A stretch of 63,822 bases of DNA, from the NCBI GenBank assembly GCA_035699445.1, contig DASSPX010000072.1, positions 1 to 63,822 of the forward strand, given 5' to 3'. Made by a program: the position numbers and the translations under genes. Source of the stretch: Candidatus Limnocylindrales bacterium. Its GTDB lineage: Bacteria > Chloroflexota > Limnocylindria > Limnocylindrales > CSP1-4. The notes under the pieces are model-generated. The model was not told the DNA's origin and did no database searches. It saw only the letters and a program-made list of their open reading frames with translations. This document shows, piece after piece, positions 10,912 through 20,154 of this stretch; within the stretch, counting starts at the first letter, position 1, and each line of letters opens with the position of its first letter.

Positions 10912-11915
10912 TCGAAGGGATCGACCTCGTCGTCACCCGTGGGCTCGTCGAGACCGGCCTGCTGACGACCCTGCCGCTCCGGCCGGGTGACCGCGCCCTC
11001 GTGGCCGAGGGCGACCTCGTGGCGCCCGACGACCCGGTGATCGAGCGGCTGCGCGACCCGGTCGTCGAGGACGCGCTCGTCGCGGACGGGCCGGACGTAC
11101 GCGTCGGGGCCCGGTGGTCGGGCGAGGCCGCGGGCACGCTCCGACGACGGGTCGCGATCGCGGATGGCGAGCTCCTGGCACCGCACCCGGGCAGCGCGGG
11201 GCGATGGCGAGTCGTCACCGCCGATCAGCGCGACCTCCTGCTGTCGCCGGTGGCGGGCGCGGTCGTCGCGGTTCGCCCGGGCGTCGCCATCGAGATCGCG
11301 CTCTCGGGATCGGCGCTGCGCGGGGTGCTGGCCGCGGGGACGATCAGCCATGGCCGGCTCGAGCTCGCGACAGACCGCGGGGGCGAGGTCCGCTCCGGGT
11401 CGCTCGACGTCGGCCGCGCCGGGAGCGTCCTGGTCGTGGGCGCGCGGATCGACGCGGAGGCGCTCATCCGTGCCCGCGCGATGGGGGTCCGGGGCATCGT
11501 CGTCGCATCGCTCGCGGGCAAGGACCTGCGGGACTTCCTCGCCTCGGAGCGCCGCCAGCGCGCAGGCATCCATCCCTCGCCGCCGTTCGCGGTGCTCGTC
11601 CTCGAGGGGATCGTCCGGCGGCCCATTCCGGTGTCGACGATGCGCGTGCTGGAGGCGCTCGCGGGCCGGGAGGTCGCGATCCTCACCGAGCCGCCGGCGC
11701 TCGCGTTCGAGGGCAGCGGGCTCGACCTTCCGCGCCCGGCCCCGGATCTCGTGCGCATCCGCCACGGGGCGCACGCGGGGCGCGAGGGCCGCTTCCGCGG
11801 ACTGGCCGGACGGCGCCGCTTCGACGCGGGCGTGCACCTCGAGGCGGGCTGGGTCGCCCTTGACGACGGGACCCTCCTGGCCGTGCCCCTGAACGATCTC
11901 GAGCGGCGCCCGTAG
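10908..11915 (+). CDS. Hypothetical protein with barrel-sandwich-hybrid-like N-region and KOW-like C-terminus
   Basis: GTGA overlap with upstream gene; VAEGDLVAPDDP and LLSPVAGAVVAV patterns; C-terminal VRIRHGAHAGREG. Confidence 0.7.
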   Translation: MIEGIDLVVTRGLVETGLLTTLPLRPGDRALVAEGDLVAPDDPVIERLRDPVVEDALVADGPDVRVGARWSGEAAGTLRRRVAIADGELLAPHPGSAGRWRVVTADQRDLLLSPVAGAVVAVRPGVAIEIALSGSALRGVLAAGTISHGRLELATDRGGEVRSGSLDVGRAGSVLVVGARIDAEALIRARAMGVRGIVVASLAGKDLRDFLASERRQRAGIHPSPPFAVLVLEGIVRRPIPVSTMRVLEALAGREVAILTEPPALAFEGSGLDLPRPAPDLVRIRHGAHAGREGRFRGLAGRRRFDAGVHLEAGWVALDDGTLLAVPLNDLERRP

Positions 11916-11985
11916 GGAGCGTCGAGCGCGACGGACGCCCGGCGCCCCGGCCCGGATGCGGGGCTTCGGCTACGCTCGGGTGACC

Positions 11986-12465
11986 ATGCTCCCGACCGCT
12001 GTCCGCCCCGAGCGGACCGTCCGAACGACCGACGCCGCGGCCACGCGCGCCCTCGGGGCGCGGCTGGCGGCGATCGCGCGCCCGGGCGATCTCGTCTGCC
12101 TCGCGGGCGCGCTCGGCGCGGGGAAGACGCAGCTCGCGAAGGGCTTCGGCCTCGGACTGGGCGTCGAGGATCCGGTGACGTCGCCCACGTTCGTGCTGAT
12201 GTCCGAGTACGCCGGCCGGCTGCCGCTGTTCCACCTCGACCTCTACCGGCTCGACGATGCCGCCGATGCGCTCGCCGGGGGACTGCTCGACGAACGGCAG
12301 GGCGAGGGGGTCACGCTCGTCGAGTGGCCCGAGCGCCTGGGTCCCGCCCTGCCGGCCGCCAGGCTCGACGTCACGATCGAGGGCGAGGGTGACGCCCCGC
12401 GGACGATCCGCCTGCGCGCGACCGACGACGGCTACGCCCGTTACCTCGAGGTCGCCGAGCGATGA
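11986..12465 (+). CDS. tsaE: tRNA threonylcarbamoyladenosine biosynthesis ATPase
   Basis: GALGAGKT Walker A, VTSPTF, HLDLYRL, VEWPE; start could be 11980 or 11986. Confidence 0.95.
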   Translation: MLPTAVRPERTVRTTDAAATRALGARLAAIARPGDLVCLAGALGAGKTQLAKGFGLGLGVEDPVTSPTFVLMSEYAGRLPLFHLDLYRLDDAADALAGGLLDERQGEGVTLVEWPERLGPALPAARLDVTIEGEGDAPRTIRLRATDDGYARYLEVAER

Positions 12466-13196
12466 CCGCCGGCGGCCCGCTGCTCGTCCTCGACACGGCC
12501 ACCCGCGAGGCGGTCGTCGGGGTGGCCGAGCCCGGCGGCACGCTCGTCGCGCTCGAGCGCTGGACGGCTGGCTACCGGCACGGCGAGGAGCTTCTCGCCC
12601 GGGTCGAGGCGGCGCTTGCGGCCGCGGGCACCACGCTCGCGGGGCTGGGCGGGATCGTCGTCGGCACGGGACCCGGGGCGTTCACCGGGCTGCGTGTCGG
12701 GATCGCGACCGCCAAGGGACTCGCACACGCGGCCTCGCTGCCGATCGCGGGCGTGAGCACCGGGGAGGCACTCCTTCGGGCGGCGGCCGCCGAGGCCGGG
12801 GGCGAAGCGCCAGCCGCCGAGGCCGGGGGCGAAGCGCCAGCGGCCGACGCCGATCGTGCCGCGCTCGTGCTCCTGCTGCCGGCCGGCCCGTCCGACCGCG
12901 TCGTGTGCCGGCCCGGAACCCCGCCCGCGCTGCTCCCCGGCGGCGACGAGCCGGACCTCCGGCCCGGCGAGCTGGTCCTGGCGCTCGATCTCGACGGCCG
13001 GGCCCCGGCCGACGCGCTGCGTCGGGGTGCCGCCGCGCGCGACGGGCTTGCCCGGGCGCTCGCCGCCCTGGGCGTCGAGCGGCTGCGCGCCGGCGGCGAC
13101 GACCTCGCGCGCCTCGTTCCCGAGTACGTGACGCTCCCGCGCGGGGTCCGGTCGGACGTTCCCGAGGCGGCCGTCCACGTCGCGAGAGGCGGCTGA
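12462..13196 (+). CDS. tsaB: t6A biosynthesis protein TsaB
   Basis: LVLDTAT, GPGAFTGLRVGIATAKGLA. Confidence 0.93.
   Translation: MTAGGPLLVLDTATREAVVGVAEPGGTLVALERWTAGYRHGEELLARVEAALAAAGTTLAGLGGIVVGTGPGAFTGLRVGIATAKGLAHAASLPIAGVSTGEALLRAAAAEAGGEAPAAEAGGEAPAADADRAALVLLLPAGPSDRVVCRPGTPPALLPGGDEPDLRPGELVLALDLDGRAPADALRRGAAARDGLARALAALGVERLRAGGDDLARLVPEYVTLPRGVRSDVPEAAVHVARGG
12786..12840 (+). repeat. 27-nt tandem duplication (AAEAGGEAP x2) inside tsaB
   Basis: gccgccgaggccgggggcgaagcgcca at 12786-12812 and 12813-12839. Confidence 0.92.
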
Positions 13197-13197
13197 C

Positions 13198-13794
13198 GTG
13201 GTCGCATTGCCGGTCGCGCGCGAGGATCGGCTGCTCATCGCCCCGATGACCGTCGCCGACCTCGGGGCGGTCCAGGCGATCGAGCGCGCGAGCTTTACCG
13301 CACCCTGGCCGCCGCACGCGTACCGGAGCGAGCTGGAGACGAACCGTCTCGCGCACTACCTCGTGGGCCGGATCGGCGACGAGATCGTGGCGTACGCCGG
13401 GATGTGGGTGATGGTCGACGAGGCGCACATCACGACCTTCGCCGTCCACCCCGCGTGGCGCCGGCGACGGATCGGCGAGCGGCTGCTGCTCGCGCTCCTC
13501 GACCTCGCGCTCGACCGGCGGGCGCGCGAGGCGACGCTCGAGGTCCGCCTCTCGAACCTCGCCGCGCGCCGCCTGTACGAGAAGTACGGCTTCCGCCCGG
13601 TGGGGATCCGGCCCCGCTACTACAGCGACGACGGGGAGGACGCCCTGATCATGACCACCGAGCCGCTCGGCGAATCCGGGATGCAGCAGCGGATCGCCCG
13701 GCTGCGGGCCGCGCTCGACGCGGCGCCATCCCCCGCGACCGGGACGCATCCTCCGCGGTTGGTGCGCCCGGCCGCCCGGAGGCGGTCGTCGTGA
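13198..13794 (+). CDS. rimI: Ribosomal-protein-alanine N-acetyltransferase
   Basis: EAHITTFAVHP, LEVRLSN, LYEKYGF, R.RYY..DGEDALIM; between tsaB and tsaD. Confidence 0.93.
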   Translation: MVALPVAREDRLLIAPMTVADLGAVQAIERASFTAPWPPHAYRSELETNRLAHYLVGRIGDEIVAYAGMWVMVDEAHITTFAVHPAWRRRRIGERLLLALLDLALDRRAREATLEVRLSNLAARRLYEKYGFRPVGIRPRYYSDDGEDALIMTTEPLGESGMQQRIARLRAALDAAPSPATGTHPPRLVRPAARRRSS

Positions 13795-14855
13795 CCGGCC
13801 CGCTGCTGCTGGCCGTCGAGAGCTCCTGCGACGAGACGGGCATCGCGCTCGTCGAGGGCGGCCGACGGATCCACGCGAACGTCGTCGCGAGCCAGGTCGC
13901 GCTCCACGCGCCGACCGGCGGGATCGTCCCCGAGGTCGCCGCCCGCGCGCACCTGCGCTGGATCGTGCCGGTGCTCGACGAGGCGCTCATGACGGCCGGG
14001 GTGACGCCGCGCGACGTGGACGCGGTCGCGGTCACGTACGGCCCGGGGCTCGCGGGCTCGCTGCTCGTCGGCATCAACTTCGCGAAGTCCGTGGCCTGGG
14101 CGCACGGGAAGCCGCTCGTGGGCGTGAACCACCTCGAGGGCCACGTGTACGCGGCGTGGCTCCGGGATCCCGGCCAGGCGGACGGGCCGGCACCGAAGTT
14201 CCCGCTCGTCGCGCTTGTCGTCTCGGGCGGCCACACGTTCCTCGTGGAGATGCGCGACCACCTGACGTACCGGCTGCTCGGCCAGACGGTCGACGACGCG
14301 GCGGGCGAGGCGTTCGACAAGGTCGGCCGGCTGCTCGGCCTCCCGTACCCGGGCGGGCCGGCGATCCAGCGCGCAGCGGAGGGCGCCACCGCACGCGACC
14401 GGGTGTTCCCGCGGGCCTGGCTGGGTGACAGCTACGACTTCAGCTTCTCCGGCCTGAAGACGGCGGCGCAGCGGATCGTCGCGCAGGCGCGCCGGGACGC
14501 CCGGCTGGCCGATGACGAGCCGCTTCCGGCGACGCTCCAGGCAGAGCTGGCGTGGGGGTTCCAGGAGAGTGTCGTCGACGTCCTCGCGGCGAAGACGATC
14601 CGCGCCGCGGAGGAGACCGGGGCGGTCGGCGTGATCGTCGGTGGCGGTGTTGCCGCGAACGGGCCGCTGCGGGCCCGGATCACCGCCGAGGCGCAGGCGC
14701 GCGGGCTGGGCGTGATCGTGCCGCGTCCGGGGCTGTGCACGGACAACGGGGCGATGATCGGCGCCGCGGGCGCGCGCCGGTTCGAGGCGGGCGAGCGGGC
14801 CGACCTCGCCCTCGACGCGCGTCCCTCGCTGCCGCTCGCCCGGCCGGCGGCCTGA
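13791..14855 (+). CDS. tsaD: tRNA N6-adenosine threonylcarbamoyltransferase
   Basis: ESSCDETG, HLEGH, SGGHT, DDAAGEAFDK, CTDNGAMI. Confidence 0.97.
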   Translation: MTGPLLLAVESSCDETGIALVEGGRRIHANVVASQVALHAPTGGIVPEVAARAHLRWIVPVLDEALMTAGVTPRDVDAVAVTYGPGLAGSLLVGINFAKSVAWAHGKPLVGVNHLEGHVYAAWLRDPGQADGPAPKFPLVALVVSGGHTFLVEMRDHLTYRLLGQTVDDAAGEAFDKVGRLLGLPYPGGPAIQRAAEGATARDRVFPRAWLGDSYDFSFSGLKTAAQRIVAQARRDARLADDEPLPATLQAELAWGFQESVVDVLAAKTIRAAEETGAVGVIVGGGVAANGPLRARITAEAQARGLGVIVPRPGLCTDNGAMIGAAGARRFEAGERADLALDARPSLPLARPAA

Positions 14856-14860
14856 CCGCG

Positions 14861-15745
14861 GTGCAGCCGCGGCTCGACCCGGCGGCGGTCCGCCGCCAGC
14901 TCCGCGATGCCGGGCTGCGTGCCCGCCACGACCGGAGTCAGAACTTCCTCGCCGACGTGGACGTGCTCGAGCGGATCCTCGCCGAGGCGGCGCCCGAGCC
15001 CGGGCGGCGGGTGCTCGAGATCGGCCCGGGGCTCGGCATCCTCACCGGCGGGCTGCTCGACGCCGGTGCCGCGGTGACGGCCGTCGAGCTCGACGAGGGC
15101 CTGGTCGGCGCGGTGCGCGAGCGGTTCGCCGCGGCGATCGCCGCGGGGGAGGGGGATCCGGCCGGCCCCGGCACGCTCCGGGTGATCGCCGGCGATGCGC
15201 TCGACCACGACCTCGTGCGGCTCGTGCCGCCGCCGTACGACGTGGTCGCGAACCTGCCGTACCACATCACGAGCCCGATCCTCCACCGCCTGCTCGGCGA
15301 GGCGCCACGCGCCGAGCGGCTCGTGCTCATGGTCCAGCGCGAGGTCGCCGAGCGGATCGCCGCGCCGCCCGGGCGGATGAGCTACCTGTCGGTGTTCGTC
15401 CAGTACCACGCCCGGGTGCGCGTCGCGTTCCGGGTCCCGCGCGAGGCGTTCGAGCCGGCCCCGAAGGTCGAGTCGGCAGTGATCGTCGTCGAGCCGTACG
15501 CCGGCGACGACCGGCTCGAGGCGGCCGCCGAGGAGGGCCTCTGGCGGGTCGTGCAGGCCGGCTTCCGGGAGCGCCGCAAGATGCTCCACAACGTCCTCGC
15601 GCGGCAGCTGCCGATCCCCGGCGAGCGGGTCGACGCCGCCCTCGCCGCCGCCGGGATCGCCCCGGACCGGCGCCCCCAGACGCTCGACGTCGGCGAGTGG
15701 ATCGCGCTCGTGGATGCGCTCGGTCCGCTGCCGCCGATGCGATGA
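14861..15745 (+). CDS. rsmA: 16S rRNA adenine dimethyltransferase
   Basis: SQNFL, VLEIGPGLG, VVANLPYHITSP. Confidence 0.95.
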   Translation: MQPRLDPAAVRRQLRDAGLRARHDRSQNFLADVDVLERILAEAAPEPGRRVLEIGPGLGILTGGLLDAGAAVTAVELDEGLVGAVRERFAAAIAAGEGDPAGPGTLRVIAGDALDHDLVRLVPPPYDVVANLPYHITSPILHRLLGEAPRAERLVLMVQREVAERIAAPPGRMSYLSVFVQYHARVRVAFRVPREAFEPAPKVESAVIVVEPYAGDDRLEAAAEEGLWRVVQAGFRERRKMLHNVLARQLPIPGERVDAALAAAGIAPDRRPQTLDVGEWIALVDALGPLPPMR

Positions 15746-16740
15746 CCGACGCGCATCGCCGGCTCGGGCCGGTCGTGCGGCTGGCGCCGGCGAAGCTCAA
15801 TCTCACGCTCGCGGTCCTCGGGCGGCGCGAGGACGGGTTCCACGCGCTCCACTCGGTGATGGTTCCGCTCAGCCTGGCCGATCAGCTGTCCCTTGCGCCG
15901 GCGCCGCCGGGCGGGGTCGATTCGCTCCATCGGACCGGGCTCGACGCCGGTCCGATCGAGCACGACCTGGTCCTGCGGGCGATCCGGCATGCGCGGGAAG
16001 CGCTGCCGCGCGGGCCGTTCGGCGCTGATCCGGCGCCCCCGGTCGCCGCCCGACTGGACAAGCGCATCCCCGTCGCGGCAGGGCTCGGCGGCGGGTCCTC
16101 AGACGCCGCGGCGGCCCTCGACGCGGTCCTCGAGCTGTGGGCCGCCGACGTGGAGACGGAGCGTCGCGCGGCGATCGCGGCCGAGATCGGATCGGATGTG
16201 CCGTTCTTCCTGGCCCGGGGCCCGGCGCTCGTCGAAGGTCGCGGGGAGCGTGTCACACCGCTCGCGTGGCTGCGGCCCGGCGAGGAGGCGCCCGGCGTGC
16301 TCCTCGTGACGCCCGCGGTGCGGCTGCCCACCCCGGCGGTGTTTGCCGCGTACGCCGCCGGCCACCGGGCGGGCGGGGCCGCCCGGCTCGCGTCGGAGCA
16401 CCTCGCCGCCGAGCTCCGCGACGGACGACTGGGCACGCGGGATCTCCTTGCCCGGGCCGCGGTCCTCGCGTCGGCGAACGACCTCGCCGCCGCCGCCGAC
16501 GCGGTGGAGCCGGGCCTGCTCCCGTTCCGGCGCTCGCTCGTCCGCGTCCTCGCCCGCCCGGTCGGGCTGTCCGGGTCCGGACCGACGCACTGGGCGCTCT
16601 ATCCTTCGCTCGACGCGGCGCGCGCGGCCTCGGACGCGCTCCACGCCGCGCTGGCCGCGGGGCGGCTCGCGCTCCCGGGCGACGCCCCGCCCGCGATCCA
16701 TGCCGTCTCGATCCTGGCTGCCCATGGAGGACCGTCATGA
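15742..16740 (+). CDS. ispE: 4-diphosphocytidyl-2-C-methyl-D-erythritol kinase
   Basis: APAKLNLTLAV, RREDGFH, KRIPVAAGLGGGSSDAAA, GSDVPFF, LSGSGPT. Confidence 0.95.
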   Translation: MTDAHRRLGPVVRLAPAKLNLTLAVLGRREDGFHALHSVMVPLSLADQLSLAPAPPGGVDSLHRTGLDAGPIEHDLVLRAIRHAREALPRGPFGADPAPPVAARLDKRIPVAAGLGGGSSDAAAALDAVLELWAADVETERRAAIAAEIGSDVPFFLARGPALVEGRGERVTPLAWLRPGEEAPGVLLVTPAVRLPTPAVFAAYAAGHRAGGAARLASEHLAAELRDGRLGTRDLLARAAVLASANDLAAAADAVEPGLLPFRRSLVRVLARPVGLSGSGPTHWALYPSLDAARAASDALHAALAAGRLALPGDAPPAIHAVSILAAHGGPS

Positions 16741-17129
16741 CCCGCCGCGCGATCACCACGACCGGCGCCCCGTCGGCGATCGGGCCGTACAGCCAGGGCA
16801 TCGCGACCGACGAGCTGGTGTTCTGCTCGGGCCAGATCGGTCTCGACCCGACGACCGGCGAGGTGGTCGGCGGCGGGGTCGAGGCGGAGGCCGAGCGGGC
16901 GCTGCGCAACCTCGCCGCCGTGCTCGACGCCGCCGGGGCCGGCCTCCAGGACGTCGTGAAGACGACCGTGTTCCTCGCCGACATGGCCGACTTCCCGGCG
17001 GTCAACGCGGTCTACGCCCGCCACATGCCCGATCCGCCGCCGGCCCGCTCGACGTTCGCGGTGGCGGCGCTCCCGCGCGGTGCCCGGATCGAGATCGAGG
17101 CGATCGCCGCCCGGCCGCGGCACGGCTGA
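16737..17129 (+). CDS. ridA: RidA family enamine/imine deaminase
   Basis: APSAIGPYSQ, SGQIGLDP, VVKTTVFL, PARS, LPRGARIEIEAIA. Confidence 0.93.
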   Translation: MTRRAITTTGAPSAIGPYSQGIATDELVFCSGQIGLDPTTGEVVGGGVEAEAERALRNLAAVLDAAGAGLQDVVKTTVFLADMADFPAVNAVYARHMPDPPPARSTFAVAALPRGARIEIEAIAARPRHG

Positions 17130-17143
17130 CCCGGCGCGGGTGT

Positions 17144-17173
17144 TTGACACCGCTCTCGGGGCGCCCCTAGCAT
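17144..17173 (+). promoter_or_regulatory. Housekeeping-sigma promoter upstream of glmU
   Basis: TTGACA (17144-17149), 18 nt, TAGCAT (17168-17173). Confidence 0.75.
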
Positions 17174-17275
17174 GCCGAGCACGCTGCCCATGACGATCAC
17201 CCCTCGACGATCCGGCGCCGGCGCCGCCGCGCCCGACGTGGCGCACCCCTCGCGAGCGCCCCGGCCTCGCTCCCG

Positions 17276-18745
17276 GTGACCCCCTCAAGTCCCCAGCCGC
17301 CGCAACGGCGGACGGTGGCGGTCGTGCTCGCGGCCGGGCTGGGCACCCGGATGCGCTCGCGCGTGCCGAAGGTCCTCCACCCGCTCCTCGGGCGGCCGAT
17401 GCTGCGCTATGTCATCGACGCCGCGACCGAGGCGACCGGGTCGCCGCCGATCGTCGTGTACTCGCCGGCGACCGAGGCCGTGCGGGAGGTCTTCGCGGGC
17501 ACCGCCGAGTTCGCGCTCCAGGCGGAGCCGCGGGGCACAGGCGACGCGCTCGCCGCGGCCGTCGCACTGCTGCCGCCCGAGACCGAGGAGGTCCTCGTCG
17601 TCTCGGGCGACGTCCCGCTCGTTCGTGCGGAGCTCCTCGTGGACCTCCTCGAGGCCCGCCGGCTCGACCACGCCGCAATCGCGCTGTCCGCGGTCGACGC
17701 GATCGACCCCTCGGGACTCGGCCGGGTCGTCCGTAACGACGGCGGGGCAGTGGAGCGGGTGGTCGAGGAGAAGGACGCCTCGGACGACGAGCGGTTGATC
17801 AGCGAGGTGAACGCGGGCGTCTACGCGTTCGACGCGGGCTGGCTGCGCCGGCGGATCGGCGACGTGCGGCCCAGTCCGGCGACGGGCGAGCTGTACCTCA
17901 CGGACCTCGTCGCGTTCGCCCGCGAGGACGGCCGGATCGTCGCCGCGCTCGACGTCGAGGACGACGGGCGTCTGACCGGGATCAACGACCGGAGCCAGCT
18001 CGCGCGCGCGGAGTGGGACCTGCGGGTCGAGCTCAACGACCGCTGGATGCGCGCCGGAGTGACGATGCACGACCCGTCGACGGTCTACCTCGACCACGAC
18101 GTGGAGCTCGCACCCGATGTCACGCTCGAGCCGAACGTGGTCCTCCGCGGCGCGACCCGGGTGGGTGAGGGGAGCACGATCGGCACCGGTTCGCAGCTGT
18201 ACGACTGCGTGGTCGGCGAGCGCTGCCGGGTGTGGGCGAGCGTCGTCGAATCGTCGACGATCGACGACGATGCGACCGTGGGGCCGTTCAGCCACCTCCG
18301 CGCGGGAACGCACGTGGGGGCCGGCGCCGAGGTGGGCAACTTCGCCGAGCTGAAGAACACGCGCCTGGGCGTCGGGGTGAAGCAGCACCACGTGAGCTAC
18401 CTCGGGGACGCCGAGCTGGGCGACCGGACGAACGTCGGCGCGGGCACGATCACCGCGAACTGGGACGGCACGACGAAGCACCGCACGACGATCGGCGAGC
18501 GGGTGTTCCTCGGCGTGGACACGATGATCGTCGCCCCGCGCACGATCGGCGACGGCGCGAAGACCGGGGCCGGCGCGGTCGTCACCCGGGACGTCCCGCC
18601 CGGCAAGCTCGCCGTCGGCGTGCCCGCGCGCATCCGCGAGCCGCGGCGGCCCGATTCGTCGCCCCTGCCGGCGGGCACGGCGCCGTCGGAGGCACAGCCG
18701 GAGCCGGCACCGTCGGAGCCCGCGCCCGAGGTGACCGACGGCTAG
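17276..18745 (+). CDS. glmU: Bifunctional UDP-GlcNAc pyrophosphorylase/glucosamine-1-phosphate acetyltransferase
   Basis: LAAGLGTRMRS..PKVLH, GTGDA, GELYLTD, hexapeptide repeats, HVSYLGDA. Confidence 0.96.
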   Translation: MTPSSPQPPQRRTVAVVLAAGLGTRMRSRVPKVLHPLLGRPMLRYVIDAATEATGSPPIVVYSPATEAVREVFAGTAEFALQAEPRGTGDALAAAVALLPPETEEVLVVSGDVPLVRAELLVDLLEARRLDHAAIALSAVDAIDPSGLGRVVRNDGGAVERVVEEKDASDDERLISEVNAGVYAFDAGWLRRRIGDVRPSPATGELYLTDLVAFAREDGRIVAALDVEDDGRLTGINDRSQLARAEWDLRVELNDRWMRAGVTMHDPSTVYLDHDVELAPDVTLEPNVVLRGATRVGEGSTIGTGSQLYDCVVGERCRVWASVVESSTIDDDATVGPFSHLRAGTHVGAGAEVGNFAELKNTRLGVGVKQHHVSYLGDAELGDRTNVGAGTITANWDGTTKHRTTIGERVFLGVDTMIVAPRTIGDGAKTGAGAVVTRDVPPGKLAVGVPARIREPRRPDSSPLPAGTAPSEAQPEPAPSEPAPEVTDG

Positions 18746-20079
18746 TGCCCGCGCTCGAGCTCCTCATCATCGCGACCCTCGTCCTCCTCAACGGCGTGTT
18801 CGTCGCCGCGGAGATCGCGCTCGTCAGCATCCGCCGCACGCGCGTCGAGCAGCTGCTCGAGGAGGGCAAGCGCGGCGCCGGCCGCGTCCGGCGGCTGGTC
18901 GACGACCCCGGCCGGTTCCTCGCCGTGGTCCAGATCGGCGTCACGTTCATCGGCTTCCTCGCGTCCGCCTTCGCGGGCGTGACGCTGAGCGAGGGGCTGG
19001 GCGTCGTCCTCGCCCGGACCGGCATCGACCCCGACACGGCGCGGGCGCTCGCGCTCGTCGGCGTGACCGTCATCCTGTCGCTGGTCACGATCGTGTTCGG
19101 CGAGCTCGTGCCGAAGTCGCTCGCGCTCGCCCACCCGGAGGGGTTCGCGCTCACGCTCGGCCGGCCGATCGACCTGCTGGGGCGGATCCTGTCGCCACTC
19201 GTGCGCTTCCTCACCTGGGCCACGAACACGATCAGCCGGGCGCTCGGCGCGGACGTCTCGCGCGAGAGCCAGATCACCGCCGAGGAGCTGCGGCTGATCG
19301 TCGAGCGCGGTGGCGAGCAGGGCATCCTCGAGGCGGAGGAGGAGCAGATGATCCACGCGGTCATCGAGCTCGGCGACCGCCGCCTCCACGAGGTGATGAC
19401 CCCCCGGATCGCGATCGTGGCGCTGCCCGCGACGGCAACCTTCGAGGACGCCATCGACCGGATCGTCGAGGAGGGTCACAGCCGGATCCCCGTGTACGAG
19501 ACCACGGTCGACGAGATCGTGGGCATTCTGTACGCGAAGGACCTGTTGCCGTTCCTCAAGGCCACCGACGGCGAGCGACCGTCGCTCCGCTCGTTGCTCC
19601 GCACCCCCGTGTTCGTGCCGGAATCGATGACGATCGACGACCTCCTGCACGAGTTCCAGCGCCGGAAGGTGCACATGGCGATCGTGCTCGACGAGTACGG
19701 CGGCACGGCCGGGCTGCTCACGATCGAGGACCTCCTCGAGGAGATCGTGGGCGAGATCCAGGACGAGTACGACGTGGAGGAGGAGCTCGTCGTCAAGCTC
19801 TCGGACGACGAGGCGCGCGTGGACGGGCGGGCCGCCGTCGACGAGCTCGAGGAGCTGTTCGACCTCGTGCTCGCGCTCGAGGACGAGGACGAGTACGACA
19901 CGGTCGGCGGACTGATCTACCACCGGATCGGCGGCATCCCGTCGCCGGGCGACCAGATCGAGGTGCCGCCGCTGCGGCTGACCGTCGAATCGACCGACGG
20001 GCGGCGCGTAGGCAAGGTCCTCGTCGTCCGCGAGCGGGAGGAATCGGGCGAGGCCGCGGAGGGCGACGGGGAGCGCTGA
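18745..20079 (+). CDS. Hemolysin-family CNNM/CBS/CorC protein (Mg/Co transport-related)
   Basis: [55 protein letters not shown]. Confidence 0.92.
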   Translation: MPALELLIIATLVLLNGVFVAAEIALVSIRRTRVEQLLEEGKRGAGRVRRLVDDPGRFLAVVQIGVTFIGFLASAFAGVTLSEGLGVVLARTGIDPDTARALALVGVTVILSLVTIVFGELVPKSLALAHPEGFALTLGRPIDLLGRILSPLVRFLTWATNTISRALGADVSRESQITAEELRLIVERGGEQGILEAEEEQMIHAVIELGDRRLHEVMTPRIAIVALPATATFEDAIDRIVEEGHSRIPVYETTVDEIVGILYAKDLLPFLKATDGERPSLRSLLRTPVFVPESMTIDDLLHEFQRRKVHMAIVLDEYGGTAGLLTIEDLLEEIVGEIQDEYDVEEELVVKLSDDEARVDGRAAVDELEELFDLVLALEDEDEYDTVGGLIYHRIGGIPSPGDQIEVPPLRLTVESTDGRRVGKVLVVREREESGEAAEGDGER

Positions 20080-20154
20080 TCCGGCGCCGCGATTCGACGC
20101 GCACCCTGGCGCGTGCCGAGACGGCCACCCTCGACGGCGGCGGTACGATGGGCC

